A DNA stretch of 64,000 nucleotides. Origin: an uncultured virus (IMG/VR IMGVR_UViG_3300025408_000065). Lineage: Duplodnaviria > Heunggongvirae > Uroviricota > Caudoviricetes. The notes below the pieces were generated by a model that made no database searches, had not been told where the DNA came from, and saw only the letters and a list, made by a program, of their open reading frames with translations. A program made the translations under genes and the position numbers. The stretch lies in IMG/VR virus record IMGVR_UViG_3300025408_000065. The stretch is one strand, 5' to 3'. Of this stretch, positions 31,191-41,132 are shown in pieces. Position 1 is the stretch's first letter. Each line of letters opens with the position of its first letter.

Positions 31191-31676
31191 CTATTTTTTA
31201 AGTTGTTCTTGAATGATTTTCTCAGCTGCAGATAAAGTCGCTCTTCCCTGCATCTTGTTACTGAAGGAAATGTAGTCATCAATGATTGCTTCAATCTTGG
31301 ATTGATTGGTCTCTACAAACGTTACAGCTTTCTCGGTTGAACCCGTGAGATTGCTTACCCACTCGCTTAATCTAGATACGACAGCGAGCTTTTTGTCATC
31401 TCCGACAAGATAGGCTTCACCCTTTTCTTTTGCAAGCCTATTCTTTTCTTCAACAATCATGATGAACTCTTTGATGGTTTTCTGAACACTTTCATCAAAG
31501 ACGATATCCTTAGCTTTGCTTACTAAGTCAGACACATTTTCTGCAGTGTTTTTGAGATCTTGCTTCACCTCTTTGATCACATCATTTAAGGATTGATCTT
31601 TTCCCAGTTTAGATGTCACATATAGTGCCAACAATAAAAGGGATGTAATGAGCAGAATGATTTCAAGCGTTGTCAT
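31191..31676 (-). CDS. Holin-like membrane protein (LL-H-like)
   Basis: N-terminal TM, GDDKK...KIEAII pattern; last gene of the late operon. Confidence 0.5.
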   Translation of the reverse strand: MTTLEIILLITSLLLLALYVTSKLGKDQSLNDVIKEVKQDLKNTAENVSDLVSKAKDIVFDESVQKTIKEFIMIVEEKNRLAKEKGEAYLVGDDKKLAVVSRLSEWVSNLTGSTEKAVTFVETNQSKIEAIIDDYISFSNKMQGRATLSAAEKIIQEQLKK

Positions 31677-31989
31677 TTTCTTTGCCTCCTAAGCGTTTAT
31701 AAATATTGACTTGCGAATCTTCAAGTCTGGATACACGATGTTCCAGAACATTGACATCTTTCTTTAAAGATTTGATATCTTGTGCATGCATTTCTAATAG
31801 ATTAAGCATTTTGATGTTTTGCTTCTCAATGGTTTGAAGATTGACAAGAATCTCATCGTTATTTGTTTTGTTTTTCTGTTCTTGACGATTGAACTGTTTG
31901 ATTGTTGTCATAATCACAACCACCATTGTCACAATCCAATACACCAAATTTTCCATTCTAAATAGACTGAGTAAGTTATCCCAGTTCAT
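31663..31989 (-). CDS. Holin/XhlA-like TM plus coiled-coil protein
   Basis: Single TM, coiled coil ending LEHRVSRLE; lysis-module position. Confidence 0.55.
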   Translation of the reverse strand: MNWDNLLSLFRMENLVYWIVTMVVVIMTTIKQFNRQEQKNKTNNDEILVNLQTIEKQNIKMLNLLEMHAQDIKSLKKDVNVLEHRVSRLEDSQVNIYKRLGGKENDNA

Positions 31990-32644
31990 TGCTAATCACC
32001 CTATCTTTGTAGTTTTCTATGTAAGCTAGTGCTTCCCTTAATAAAGGCATGTATTCTAAACCCTTACTTGTATTCCAGTTCTTTTTATAGTCAATCATGC
32101 GTGTGTACCATGGTTCATGAACAACATGCCTATAATTTCCCGATTCATCAATATGATCCAAAATGCCTCGAACTCTAAAAATGTGATAATGGGATTTCTG
32201 CGGTTCTGGATAGTCAATTCGCATTTTATAATGTTCTACAAAACTGTCCAGAAACAGTCCGAGTTTACTGGTTAAATCAATATTCTTGTAGGCTTCATAC
32301 TCATCTCGATAGTTTTCATCCAAGTAAATCAGATTATCTTTTTCCGATAAAACCTCATCGATATAAGCACGATCATATAGAGGAACTGTTGGATCTAGAT
32401 TTTGTTTTTTGAGATAGATATCTTTTCCATACGCAAACACATCTAATGTTCCTAAACTTAAATGCACATTCCCTTTGAATCCATCTAGTACTACAGTCAC
32501 ATCATCATCGCTATTCTCGTCGTTTAATCCAAAGGCTAAGGAACCACAGTAATAGATGAACATCACGGTGGTATTTGGGAATATTCCTTGAACGATTTCT
32601 AGGATACTTTCGTTAGATTGGATTTTCTGTTTCACTTGGAGCAT
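31976..32644 (-). CDS. RlaP-like Pol-beta nucleotidyltransferase
   Basis: GSLAFGLNDENSDDD motif and LDVFAY; start moved to MLQVK. Confidence 0.7.
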   Translation of the reverse strand: MLQVKQKIQSNESILEIVQGIFPNTTVMFIYYCGSLAFGLNDENSDDDVTVVLDGFKGNVHLSLGTLDVFAYGKDIYLKKQNLDPTVPLYDRAYIDEVLSEKDNLIYLDENYRDEYEAYKNIDLTSKLGLFLDSFVEHYKMRIDYPEPQKSHYHIFRVRGILDHIDESGNYRHVVHEPWYTRMIDYKKNWNTSKGLEYMPLLREALAYIENYKDRVISNELG

Positions 32645-32948
32645 TGACTTGTGGTTCAACCACTTCAAAATCATCGATGGAATCGTCAAACCCGACCACG
32701 TTTTCTTTTAGCCATAGATAACCTTGTTCGATGGGATTGGTATTTTGAAATTGAGTAAAATCTGATGTCGGAATCTCTATATCAATTTCTTCTAGTGGTG
32801 CACTTTGGTTAGCTCGTGCTTCTTTTGATAGATACGAAGCGACACAGATAACAGCTTTCTTAACGACATAGTTGATGTTAAATGCGGTAATTCGGTGATA
32901 GGATAGAGAGATGCCAAATTTTGATTGCATATCTTTAATAATTGCCAT
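32613..32948 (-). CDS. Phage protein (possible tail fibre assembly protein)
   Basis: Small ORF coupled to the fibre genes. Confidence 0.55.
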   Translation of the reverse strand: MAIIKDMQSKFGISLSYHRITAFNINYVVKKAVICVASYLSKEARANQSAPLEEIDIEIPTSDFTQFQNTNPIEQGYLWLKENVVGFDDSIDDFEVVEPQVNAPSETENPI

Positions 32949-32955
32949 GATATAC

Positions 32956-33636
32956 CTACTTTCTTGCTGTGCGATAAATCGTCACAGAGATTAAATCTGG
33001 TGAGCCAAGATTGAGTCCTGGATTGATATAAAGATTACCAATTGCGCCATTGATTGTATGTGTAAAGTCGACCATTGTAAGGGTTGCATTTCCTTGGCCA
33101 GTTACTGAAGTGATTGCTTTTCCGTATGCTAGCCATTGTTGTGTGTCATTTAGTGAGAGTGCAAATGTAGGTGATAACTCGAAATCAATCACCTTTGAAA
33201 TACCGCTTGTTAGCGTAACGCCAGAGGAATGAACATCAGGAATGGTAAAGGATGAAGTGTTTCTTGCAGATGTCTTTGTGATTGTTGTTGCCACATCGTT
33301 TGAGTAGATGGCAACATAGGATCCGATGAGATTGGATAAACCCGAAGTACGGTAATATATAAGTGTCGATGATGAATCAACCGATGTACCTTGAGTCGTT
33401 GCGACCACATGAACCTTATAGATGTACGTTGGATCAAACACCAATGAAGCACTGCACGTATACGCAATGCCTTCATAAGCATAGACCAATTCAAGCTCAC
33501 CACCCACCTTCACAACAGACGTTGAATTTCGGGCGTAGAGCGCGTTATTTGAGTAATCAAAGGCTAATTCCCCAACATAGGAAAGGTTCGCTGTCGAGGG
33601 CTTTGTGGTGCCACGTTTCACCCGAAGAATTGCCAT
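32956..33636 (-). CDS. Tail fibre/receptor-binding protein with Mtd_N-like N-terminus
   Basis: MAILRVKRGT...GELAFD; beta-rich C-terminus. Confidence 0.65.
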   Translation of the reverse strand: MAILRVKRGTTKPSTANLSYVGELAFDYSNNALYARNSTSVVKVGGELELVYAYEGIAYTCSASLVFDPTYIYKVHVVATTQGTSVDSSSTLIYYRTSGLSNLIGSYVAIYSNDVATTITKTSARNTSSFTIPDVHSSGVTLTSGISKVIDFELSPTFALSLNDTQQWLAYGKAITSVTGQGNATLTMVDFTHTINGAIGNLYINPGLNLGSPDLISVTIYRTARK

Positions 33637-34487
33637 TAGTATGTTCCACCATCAATGATGGATGAAGGTTGTAAAACTTTAGTGGTGTCTATACCTATTT
33701 GGTATTTCACAACACTTGGTGTGTAGTTCGAATCAACCACTTGATACACCTTAATCGCATCAGCAATAACTGCCGAATCAAAACCTGCAAGCGTTCCTAA
33801 TGATTCAGAACCAGTACCATCAAATATTCGCGTGTTGAGCACGTTTGCGAGAATATTCTTTTGAGTGGTTGTCAAGTGTACGTCAGCAGCAATGTGGGCA
33901 TTATAGGTAGTGGTTGATACACCACCAAGTCCTGCAAGTGTGATCGTCACTGCTCCAGTTGAACCGTTGACACTTGTTACTGAGTCAGTGGGAGTTAATA
34001 GCTCTTGCCAGTTTGCTAATGTTGCATACCCCGCAGTTTTTAGAATAAAGGATTTATTGATGTCCGTTCTGACAGCAACATCCCCTTCTTGAGCATTGGA
34101 TAAAGCTAGCATCGCAGCTTGGCTTGCTACGACCCAAGTGTTCGTAATCGCTACTTTTGGAATCACTGAGTCCGAGAGTTTTCCATCGGCATCCAGAATC
34201 GGAATATTTCCGTTTCCAGTTCCGGTGTTTTTAGTTGAAGCCGTGCCTAACCCAAGTGCTGTGATTTTGGTATCGATTTGTGTATCGACTTTTGCGACAC
34301 CTGGAATCTTTAAATAATCTGCTTCTGCTAAAGGTACACTCACACTTGCTGTTTTATCAGCCTTTGCAATGTATAAATGCTCACCACTAAAATCGACTAG
34401 TGGTTCACCAGCTTTAACCGTTCCTGTTGTTCCAACGAGCGGACCAGTACCTGCTGTGGTTCTGCGTTTAATTTGAATTGTTGCCAT
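33636..34487 (-). CDS. Tail fibre protein
   Basis: MATIQIKRRT...GEPLVD N-terminus, VTSVNGSTGAVTIT fibre motif, C-terminal IDGGTY. Confidence 0.7.
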   Translation of the reverse strand: MATIQIKRRTTAGTGPLVGTTGTVKAGEPLVDFSGEHLYIAKADKTASVSVPLAEADYLKIPGVAKVDTQIDTKITALGLGTASTKNTGTGNGNIPILDADGKLSDSVIPKVAITNTWVVASQAAMLALSNAQEGDVAVRTDINKSFILKTAGYATLANWQELLTPTDSVTSVNGSTGAVTITLAGLGGVSTTTYNAHIAADVHLTTTQKNILANVLNTRIFDGTGSESLGTLAGFDSAVIADAIKVYQVVDSNYTPSVVKYQIGIDTTKVLQPSSIIDGGTY

Positions 34488-34499
34488 AGTATTTCCTCC

Positions 34500-35276
34500 T
34501 TATTTTTTGAGATATGCTTGAGTCACGCGATGAGAGGTGTTTCCTAAAGATAATGTGACAAGTCCACTTGCATAAGATATGCTGAGTGAATAATCTGCAC
34601 CACCATATCGATAGCTGAGTGAAGAGTTGGAACCCACGACGATAAACAGCTGATTGGTTGGTAAGCTCACAATGGTTGTGTTTTCAATCACAACATAGAG
34701 AATGCTTTCCATTAAAATTGCAGAATTGACATCACCAAAGCGGTAAACACCGTTACTAATCTTGGTTAATCCAAGTTTTTGTGGATAGTAGAAATCCTTC
34801 AACTTTGATTCAAGTTCCTCTACTCTTATCCGATCCGATGTGATGATCTGTCGCTCGAACTCGTTTATTAGGCTAACTGAAGTAGTTGTTTTTGAATAAG
34901 CTGCTAGAGCGTACTCATATAACCCATCTGTATTTTGAAGATTGGTTTGTGTAAGCACAGGATAAGTACCAACTGCTTCTTTGATATAAATACTTACCGT
35001 ATTGGACTGAGTATCAACGCCTAAAACTACATACCCATACTTACTTGAATCTGGTGTTACAGATATTGTTGTTTGATTTTCGATATAGATAATTCGTCCA
35101 TAAACTACAACATAGCCATCCAAAAATGTAATCGTGTTGTTAGCTAAGGTATAACTGCACTGCGATTTCACGTATTTCAAAATACCTACATCACTTGAAA
35201 ATAAAAAATGATACAAATCCGCATCAATTTTTGATGTGACGTTTGCACCATCAAAGGTTACTTTTTGAATTCCCAT
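34500..35276 (-). CDS. Baseplate/minor tail protein
   Basis: Position after the Tal-like gene; GYVVVYGR and LTQTNL patterns. Confidence 0.6.
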   Translation of the reverse strand: MGIQKVTFDGANVTSKIDADLYHFLFSSDVGILKYVKSQCSYTLANNTITFLDGYVVVYGRIIYIENQTTISVTPDSSKYGYVVLGVDTQSNTVSIYIKEAVGTYPVLTQTNLQNTDGLYEYALAAYSKTTTSVSLINEFERQIITSDRIRVEELESKLKDFYYPQKLGLTKISNGVYRFGDVNSAILMESILYVVIENTTIVSLPTNQLFIVVGSNSSLSYRYGGADYSLSISYASGLVTLSLGNTSHRVTQAYLKK

Positions 35277-36401
35277 TTAGAATTCACCTCCATCGAGATC
35301 TGTGATCCCTGTCGTTTGTATTGAAACATGACCTGTAGCTGAACTCACACTCTTATTCAATAGCTGAATCTTCTCGGTCAACTTGATGCGATATTCACCA
35401 AGCGTCATGGTTGCTTGATGAAATCCATTGTTAAATTTGATACTGGTGACCACCGAATCATAGATTTGATCATTGTTCATGAACTCGATGAAGTCACCCA
35501 GTTCGATGTTTTTCATCGGTTGTATGACATCATTATCGGTTCTAATCGTAAATGTGATATTATGGTCTAGTTTCGATGTGATCATCTCTGATCTGGCTTT
35601 AGTCAGTAGAGATGGATAATCACTATCCGTATAGAAGGATGCTTTTGGTTTTACACTCTGATACCGATTCTGATGGTTGATATCCTGAGTTAACTCACCA
35701 TTTCTTAATAAAAAATACTCGATGGTTGATTTAAATAAGACATTTTCACTCTTTGGATAATAGGTGAGTTTATTCACCATTTGACTGGAACTATCATTGA
35801 CAACCAAATCCTGAATGGCTTGATAATTGTTCTTGAGTTTGATTCCCCTTTGAACCTCACTGATTCGAAAGATGATCCCAGTCACCCTTCCTCTTAAATA
35901 CACTGCTTCAGAGGTTAGTCTTAAACCATACGATTTTGTAATAAGTTCCATGAGTGATGCCAATGACATAATCTTATCTGCTTCGAAGGAGAGTTCTCCT
36001 TGAACACTAGCATCACGCTGTATGGAGAGGTAACTCAAGTTCTGTAATGCGTCATCGCTTTCCTTAAAATGACTTAATAGAATATTTTCAAGGTACAATC
36101 CCAAGTCACCCATAAAACTTTGAACTGGAATGTCGATTGAAAACATTTCTTTAAAATCAAGCACATGAATTGATGTTCGGTGTTTGTCTGCTACTTCTAA
36201 TCGTTCAACAATACCAATGTAGTGAATCGGTGCGTCCTTTAGGATGACAATATCTCCAATAGATGCATTGAGCTTTGTTTTATTTACTATGAAGGTTGAT
36301 TTTTGAATGATGACTAGATCAAGTATGATTTCAAAATCCTTATCAACATACCCATAGTCTTTATAGGCAAGGTTTAGTCTATCGAGGAATACAAGTTGCA
36401 T
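35277..36401 (-). CDS. Tal/baseplate hub-like tail protein
   Basis: Position after Dit; IELGDFI and MTLGEY motifs. Confidence 0.65.
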   Translation of the reverse strand: MQLVFLDRLNLAYKDYGYVDKDFEIILDLVIIQKSTFIVNKTKLNASIGDIVILKDAPIHYIGIVERLEVADKHRTSIHVLDFKEMFSIDIPVQSFMGDLGLYLENILLSHFKESDDALQNLSYLSIQRDASVQGELSFEADKIMSLASLMELITKSYGLRLTSEAVYLRGRVTGIIFRISEVQRGIKLKNNYQAIQDLVVNDSSSQMVNKLTYYPKSENVLFKSTIEYFLLRNGELTQDINHQNRYQSVKPKASFYTDSDYPSLLTKARSEMITSKLDHNITFTIRTDNDVIQPMKNIELGDFIEFMNNDQIYDSVVTSIKFNNGFHQATMTLGEYRIKLTEKIQLLNKSVSSATGHVSIQTTGITDLDGGEF

Positions 36402-36403
36402 AA

Positions 36404-37231
36404 CTATACCCCCAGATACCCTTCAAGTAATGTGATGCGACACGTGGTAGGACTTGCGACTCCTGGTTTGAATTCCACTTCGTACTCTCCTGGTTCAACA
36501 AAGAGAAAATTGTCGCAAGTAAAATCCTGTGAACCATAGATGGATAGGATCTCACCGTTATCAATTTGACGTATGTATTGCTTATTCGGGATAGCCGAGA
36601 TGTGTATTTCCCCGTTTAATTGCGTGTGGTAAAGTCTAAGCATCGTAATTACAGTACTGTTTTTTCTGATAATAATCTCTGGGTCACTTACCGCACCCAT
36701 GATTTCAATTAAAAGAGGTGCCTTTTGGACACCCCTGTTGATGATTTGAATTTTGCCTTCAAAGAAAGCTGAATACCTATAAGGATAACTGTATGCATAT
36801 CGTTTTCCAACTGTATCTTCATTAACATTAACTGTATAGAGTTGATTCTTTAACCATAAGGATAACTTCTGAAAGATAATCTGGCTTTGTAATGCTCCAG
36901 CTGCAAGCTCCTGTTTTGAAATCGATTTGATATCTACAAAGCAAAAAGCGGAATCATCCACTTCATAATGCAGTTTTAGCTCTTTTTCTCCAAGTTTGAG
37001 ATAGTTCATGAATTCAGTATAACCTGGATATCCTTTGAGAAATGTTAGGGTAGCTTGAATCTCACTGAGTCCTTGAGTCTGATCTACACGATCATAAAAT
37101 GTTTCATACTTAAGGTAAGTCATTTCTTGTGAAAACCCAAGTCCACTAATCGCATGAATTAAACAACCGCTGCGGTAATCAAAATAGAATTTATTACCAG
37201 ATGGATTTTCAAGATAGATTTTTCGAATCAT
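36404..37231 (-). CDS. Distal tail protein (Dit)
   Basis: Follows TMP; YAYSYPYRY, IINRG..APLLIEI.G, FLFVEPG. Confidence 0.75.
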   Translation of the reverse strand: MIRKIYLENPSGNKFYFDYRSGCLIHAISGLGFSQEMTYLKYETFYDRVDQTQGLSEIQATLTFLKGYPGYTEFMNYLKLGEKELKLHYEVDDSAFCFVDIKSISKQELAAGALQSQIIFQKLSLWLKNQLYTVNVNEDTVGKRYAYSYPYRYSAFFEGKIQIINRGVQKAPLLIEIMGAVSDPEIIIRKNSTVITMLRLYHTQLNGEIHISAIPNKQYIRQIDNGEILSIYGSQDFTCDNFLFVEPGEYEVEFKPGVASPTTCRITLLEGYLGV

Positions 37232-39240
37232 ATCACACTACCTCCAAGAGCCCTGTTGATGGAATCGATATCGAAGGTTGGTGATGTGGTATTGATGGTG
37301 ATATTATTTGTATGCGTATTCGAACGATTCACGTTACTTGTTGAGCTTACACTCTGGGTTTGCTTTAAATTAAACTTATCACCAAACCAACCACCTATCT
37401 TTCCGAAGAATCCACCAACTTTATCTGCAGCATTCCCGACAAAATCACCCACACCTTTTGCCATGTTTGATGCGAACTCACCAATGTTTCCCGTAATGCT
37501 TCCAACCATATCGCCAAAGTTACCTGCGATATCACCCATCTTTGAACCTAAGTCGCCAATCCACTCGAATATTTGAGTTAAAAATTCGACAATCTTTTGA
37601 ACCACTGCCATGACAGGTTCTAGTACTTTTTGAAGTACTTTGATAGCCGGAACTAAAATGGCTTGGAGTACTTTCCCAATAATCTCAATCAGTGGTGCAA
37701 CCATCTCTAACAATTCTGCAATGAACTCGATTTGAGTCATCAGTGGCACCAATAATACTTCAATAATGGGAACTAACATTTCAACAAGCATGATGATTAA
37801 ATCTATCAAGACATCAAGAATCGGTGTTAGTGCAGTCATTAGACTATCCACGATCGTCATGATCGGTGGCAACAACAGCATTAAGGTTTCACCAAGTCTA
37901 GCTAGTAATGCTCGAAACTCTTCGCTTTGAAATAATGCCATAGCAATAATCGCTATGAGTGCACCAATACCAAGTGTAGCAAAGTTAAGTCCAGCACCAG
38001 CAAATAAACCTGAAGTTCCAACTGCCTTTAATGCGGTCGAGACTATATTTAAAATAGGTCCTACTTTTCCGATGATGGAAAGTACTGGACCTATCGCTGT
38101 TATCACCGCACCAAGTGCGAGGATGATTTGTTTTGTTCCTGTATCAAGATTACTCCATTTCTCAGTCCAGCTTTTAATCGTTGGAATGATTTCATCTCTA
38201 ACCTTTTGAAGCATGGCTTGCATGATGGGTAACACTTGAACAGAGATATCCATCGCAAGACTACCGAGTGCTTGTTTGGTTTGATCGACTGTATCGTTAA
38301 ACTCCCCAGATATTGCAGCTTGTTCATTGGTTATAATGCCAAGTTCTCTGACCTCTTGTCTTAGTGAGATAACTGCAGATTCTTCTTGCGATAACATAGG
38401 GAGAATTTCAGTACCAATCTTGTCACCAAAAAACTCATTCGCTATACCCACTCTTAGGGCTTCATCTTCTACGCCAGCTAATGCGTCACGTATCAAATTA
38501 AATGCTTGATCTGCATTAAGCCCTTTGAGATCCTCAACAGTTAGTCCAATTTGTGCAAGACTCTCCGATACCTTATCACCATTACCAGTTGCGATATCGC
38601 CAAGAATCCCATTGACCTTAATAAAAGCCTTGTTTAGGCTTTCTGTCGAACTTCCTGATATCTTAGCAACGTAGTTCCACTCTTGTAAACTCTCTGCGCT
38701 AAGCCCAAGTTTAGCGGCTGTATCGGCAATTTCATCGGCTGTGCTTGCAGTCTTTACAGCAAGTGCGCCAATTGCAGAAATCGCGCCTAGAACTGGTACA
38801 GTTACTGACTTTGTGAGTGTTGAACCAAGCTTACCTATTTTTTCGAAGTTCGCATTGGATAAGTCGGTGATTTTACCTCGCGTATTTTGAAGTTCTTTAT
38901 TGAGTTTAGCTACTTCTGCTTCTGTATAGGAAACATTACGAGCGAGTTTATTAAACTCAGTCTCACTCATTTCACCAAGTTTGACTGCCTGTTTTGCTTT
39001 ATCGAGTTCTTGGTTTTGAGTTTCTAGCTTCTTTTTAGTTGTTTGAAGGATGTCATTGAGCTTAGATTGTTTTTGTTTCCAGAGTTCAACATTGGAGCTA
39101 TCGTATTTGAGGTTTGCATTAATGGCTTTTAGATCCTTTTGTTGTTCTTTAAGATCTGATTGAATTTCTTTAAGTTCATTCTCTAAATCTCTACCATCAA
39201 GGCTTAGCTTAATATTTAACCCTTTGACTGTTTCTGCCAT
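37228..39240 (-). CDS. Tail tape measure protein
   Basis: MAETVKGLNIKL N-terminus, coiled coil, long amphipathic repeats. Confidence 0.9.
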   Translation of the reverse strand: MAETVKGLNIKLSLDGRDLENELKEIQSDLKEQQKDLKAINANLKYDSSNVELWKQKQSKLNDILQTTKKKLETQNQELDKAKQAVKLGEMSETEFNKLARNVSYTEAEVAKLNKELQNTRGKITDLSNANFEKIGKLGSTLTKSVTVPVLGAISAIGALAVKTASTADEIADTAAKLGLSAESLQEWNYVAKISGSSTESLNKAFIKVNGILGDIATGNGDKVSESLAQIGLTVEDLKGLNADQAFNLIRDALAGVEDEALRVGIANEFFGDKIGTEILPMLSQEESAVISLRQEVRELGIITNEQAAISGEFNDTVDQTKQALGSLAMDISVQVLPIMQAMLQKVRDEIIPTIKSWTEKWSNLDTGTKQIILALGAVITAIGPVLSIIGKVGPILNIVSTALKAVGTSGLFAGAGLNFATLGIGALIAIIAMALFQSEEFRALLARLGETLMLLLPPIMTIVDSLMTALTPILDVLIDLIIMLVEMLVPIIEVLLVPLMTQIEFIAELLEMVAPLIEIIGKVLQAILVPAIKVLQKVLEPVMAVVQKIVEFLTQIFEWIGDLGSKMGDIAGNFGDMVGSITGNIGEFASNMAKGVGDFVGNAADKVGGFFGKIGGWFGDKFNLKQTQSVSSTSNVNRSNTHTNNITINTTSPTFDIDSINRALGGSVI

Positions 39241-39325
39241 CTCTTCTCACCTCCTTAACTTAAATTAAAAAGCACACCATTTTTTGATGTGCCAAATAAA
39301 TGTATACAATCACAAAACTCTAGTT

Positions 39326-40285
39326 TCATTGATTGTCATCTGGAATTTTATCTAGTATTTCATTCTTCGCTGTTTCTAGTAATACTTCAATGTCATCGGT
39401 TTGATGAATCAAGTCTTCTTGAATATCAGTTACTGCTAATGTAACTTTGTCTGCAATCTCATCAATAATTCCGTTCATGACTGATGAGTTATATAGTTGA
39501 GGATCATATAATTTATGAAACCAATTTACTGATGATAATGTCTTTTTAGCATACTTTTTAACTAGTCTAGAATATGATTCGACTATTTGATTCAACTCTT
39601 CAATCTTGGAAAAAATTTCAAGTTCTTTTTCCCTTGAATCTAATTTCGAGTCATTTTTAAAGAACACATATTTATCAGTAAAGCTGAATTCATTTTCTCC
39701 GGTTTTGATTCCGGTTTCACTTAAAAAAGTGTAAACTGATTCATAAGGACTTCTACTGCGTGAAAACACATCTAGGATTAATCGATATCTTAAGTCCACT
39801 TTAAGCTTTTCTAGAAAACCTTGTTTCATCTCATTAGGCATATATTTCTCAACAATTTCATTAAGTTTTTTTTCATGCTTCATCATCTTTTTTTCAAAAT
39901 TACGAATGAAGTAGTTTTCCCAATCGTCACGGAATAATCTCTTCATAATATCAAGATGTGAAACTAAGTGATCATGCATAGATCGAAATAGGATGTTTTT
40001 ACTAGAATCATCTTTAGTCTTTATGTATTTCTTTAGGTGAGATAAATCTGTACAAGCAAAAAACATCATACGATACTTCTCATAATATGAACTTTGCGTT
40101 TCTATTAATAAGGGAATTACTATTGTAAAAACTGCAGATTCAATCGGAATTATAAGATTAAGTAATATGCTTTCAGAATATTTACCCCACATTAATGCTA
40201 CGAAAATGATAGAAAGCAAAAAAATAAAAAACATTGCACGATACTTATATCTAAAGTAAAATGAAACAAATATCATAATTATCAC
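39326..40285 (-). CDS. Moron membrane protein of unknown function
   Basis: AT-rich ORF with N-terminal TM helices between tail chaperone and TMP. Confidence 0.65.
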   Translation of the reverse strand: MIIMIFVSFYFRYKYRAMFFIFLLSIIFVALMWGKYSESILLNLIIPIESAVFTIVIPLLIETQSSYYEKYRMMFFACTDLSHLKKYIKTKDDSSKNILFRSMHDHLVSHLDIMKRLFRDDWENYFIRNFEKKMMKHEKKLNEIVEKYMPNEMKQGFLEKLKVDLRYRLILDVFSRSRSPYESVYTFLSETGIKTGENEFSFTDKYVFFKNDSKLDSREKELEIFSKIEELNQIVESYSRLVKKYAKKTLSSVNWFHKLYDPQLYNSSVMNGIIDEIADKVTLAVTDIQEDLIHQTDDIEVLLETAKNEILDKIPDDNQ

Positions 40286-40400
40286 CCCAAAGTCTATTTA
40301 TGTATATTGTATCACTCATGGTTAAAAAATGTATTCATGAATATTTAAATAGCATTTCGTTTCTCTTGTGATAATATTGAATTAATGGAGGCGATTAAAA

Positions 40401-40574
40401 GTGGTTGAATATAAAGTTGTAGCTATTCGAATTCCAGCTTTCAAGTCAAAGGAAACTGGTGCTGAGAAAATTCAAGAAGAGATGAACAAACAAGCAAAAA
40501 ATGGTTGGCGTGTTCATAAGGTAAATATTACAGATTTAACTATGGTCATAATAACATTTGAAAAAGAGAACTAA
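40401..40574 (+). CDS. DUF4177-like small protein (not in ORF track)
   Basis: GTG start after GGAGG; MVEYKVV...EEMNKQAKNGWRV...ITFEKEN*. Confidence 0.7.
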   Translation: MVEYKVVAIRIPAFKSKETGAEKIQEEMNKQAKNGWRVHKVNITDLTMVIITFEKEN

Positions 40575-40577
40575 ATT

Positions 40578-40764
40578 CTAGATCAAAAATTGATCAATAT
40601 CTTTTTGAGTGGCTAAGCGGCTACTTTTTTCATTATGAATAGCCTTCATTTCAACCTGGATTAATCCAATAAATCATTAAATCAGAAGGCCTCGAATATT
40701 CTATTGATATACCCAGAAGATGCAAGTCAAATATAATGTTTAGCCCTTTGACTGTCTCTGCCAA
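40578..40764 (-). pseudogene. Chimeric relic: TMP 5' end fused to a degenerate chaperone extension
   Basis: TTG-AETVKGLNI then IFDLHLLGISIE..., frameshift, ...RLATQKDIDQFLI*. Confidence 0.7.
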
Positions 40765-40835
40765 CTTTATACATCGCTAAACAGCAAAAAACACACCATA
40801 ATGATGTGTTCTCTGGATTATTACAATTTTTGTTT

Positions 40836-41132
40836 TTAATTTGATTGAATGAATTCTTGAAATCTTTTTAATGCATTGATGACAGCTCTATGACTTTTAT
40901 TACCTAAAGAAGATTTTAATCCGCGAAAATCATACATTTTGACATAAAAATCTATTTCATTCATTAGTGTATGAATGGTTATTCGTTCTTCTCTTAGTAC
41001 AAACGGAATTCTCGTATGCGCATAATCATAAGTTGTGCTCGGTAAGCCTTTTGGAGTTACTACACTGTATCCTTCTGATTCTAAATATAGTTCAAAGCGA
41101 TTAAGAATTTCAATTTCAGTCATCTCATTCAC
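40836..41132 (-). CDS. Hypothetical protein coupled to the RelB-like gene
   Basis: 98 aa, overlaps the upstream stop codon. Confidence 0.65.
   Translation of the reverse strand: MNEMTEIEILNRFELYLESEGYSVVTPKGLPSTTYDYAHTRIPFVLREERITIHTLMNEIDFYVKMYDFRGLKSSLGNKSHRAVINALKRFQEFIQSN

Noticed and set aside
32956..34487. Diversity-generating retroelement suggested by Mtd_N-like fibre domains
   Set aside because: No reverse transcriptase and no TR/VR repeat pair seen in the window.
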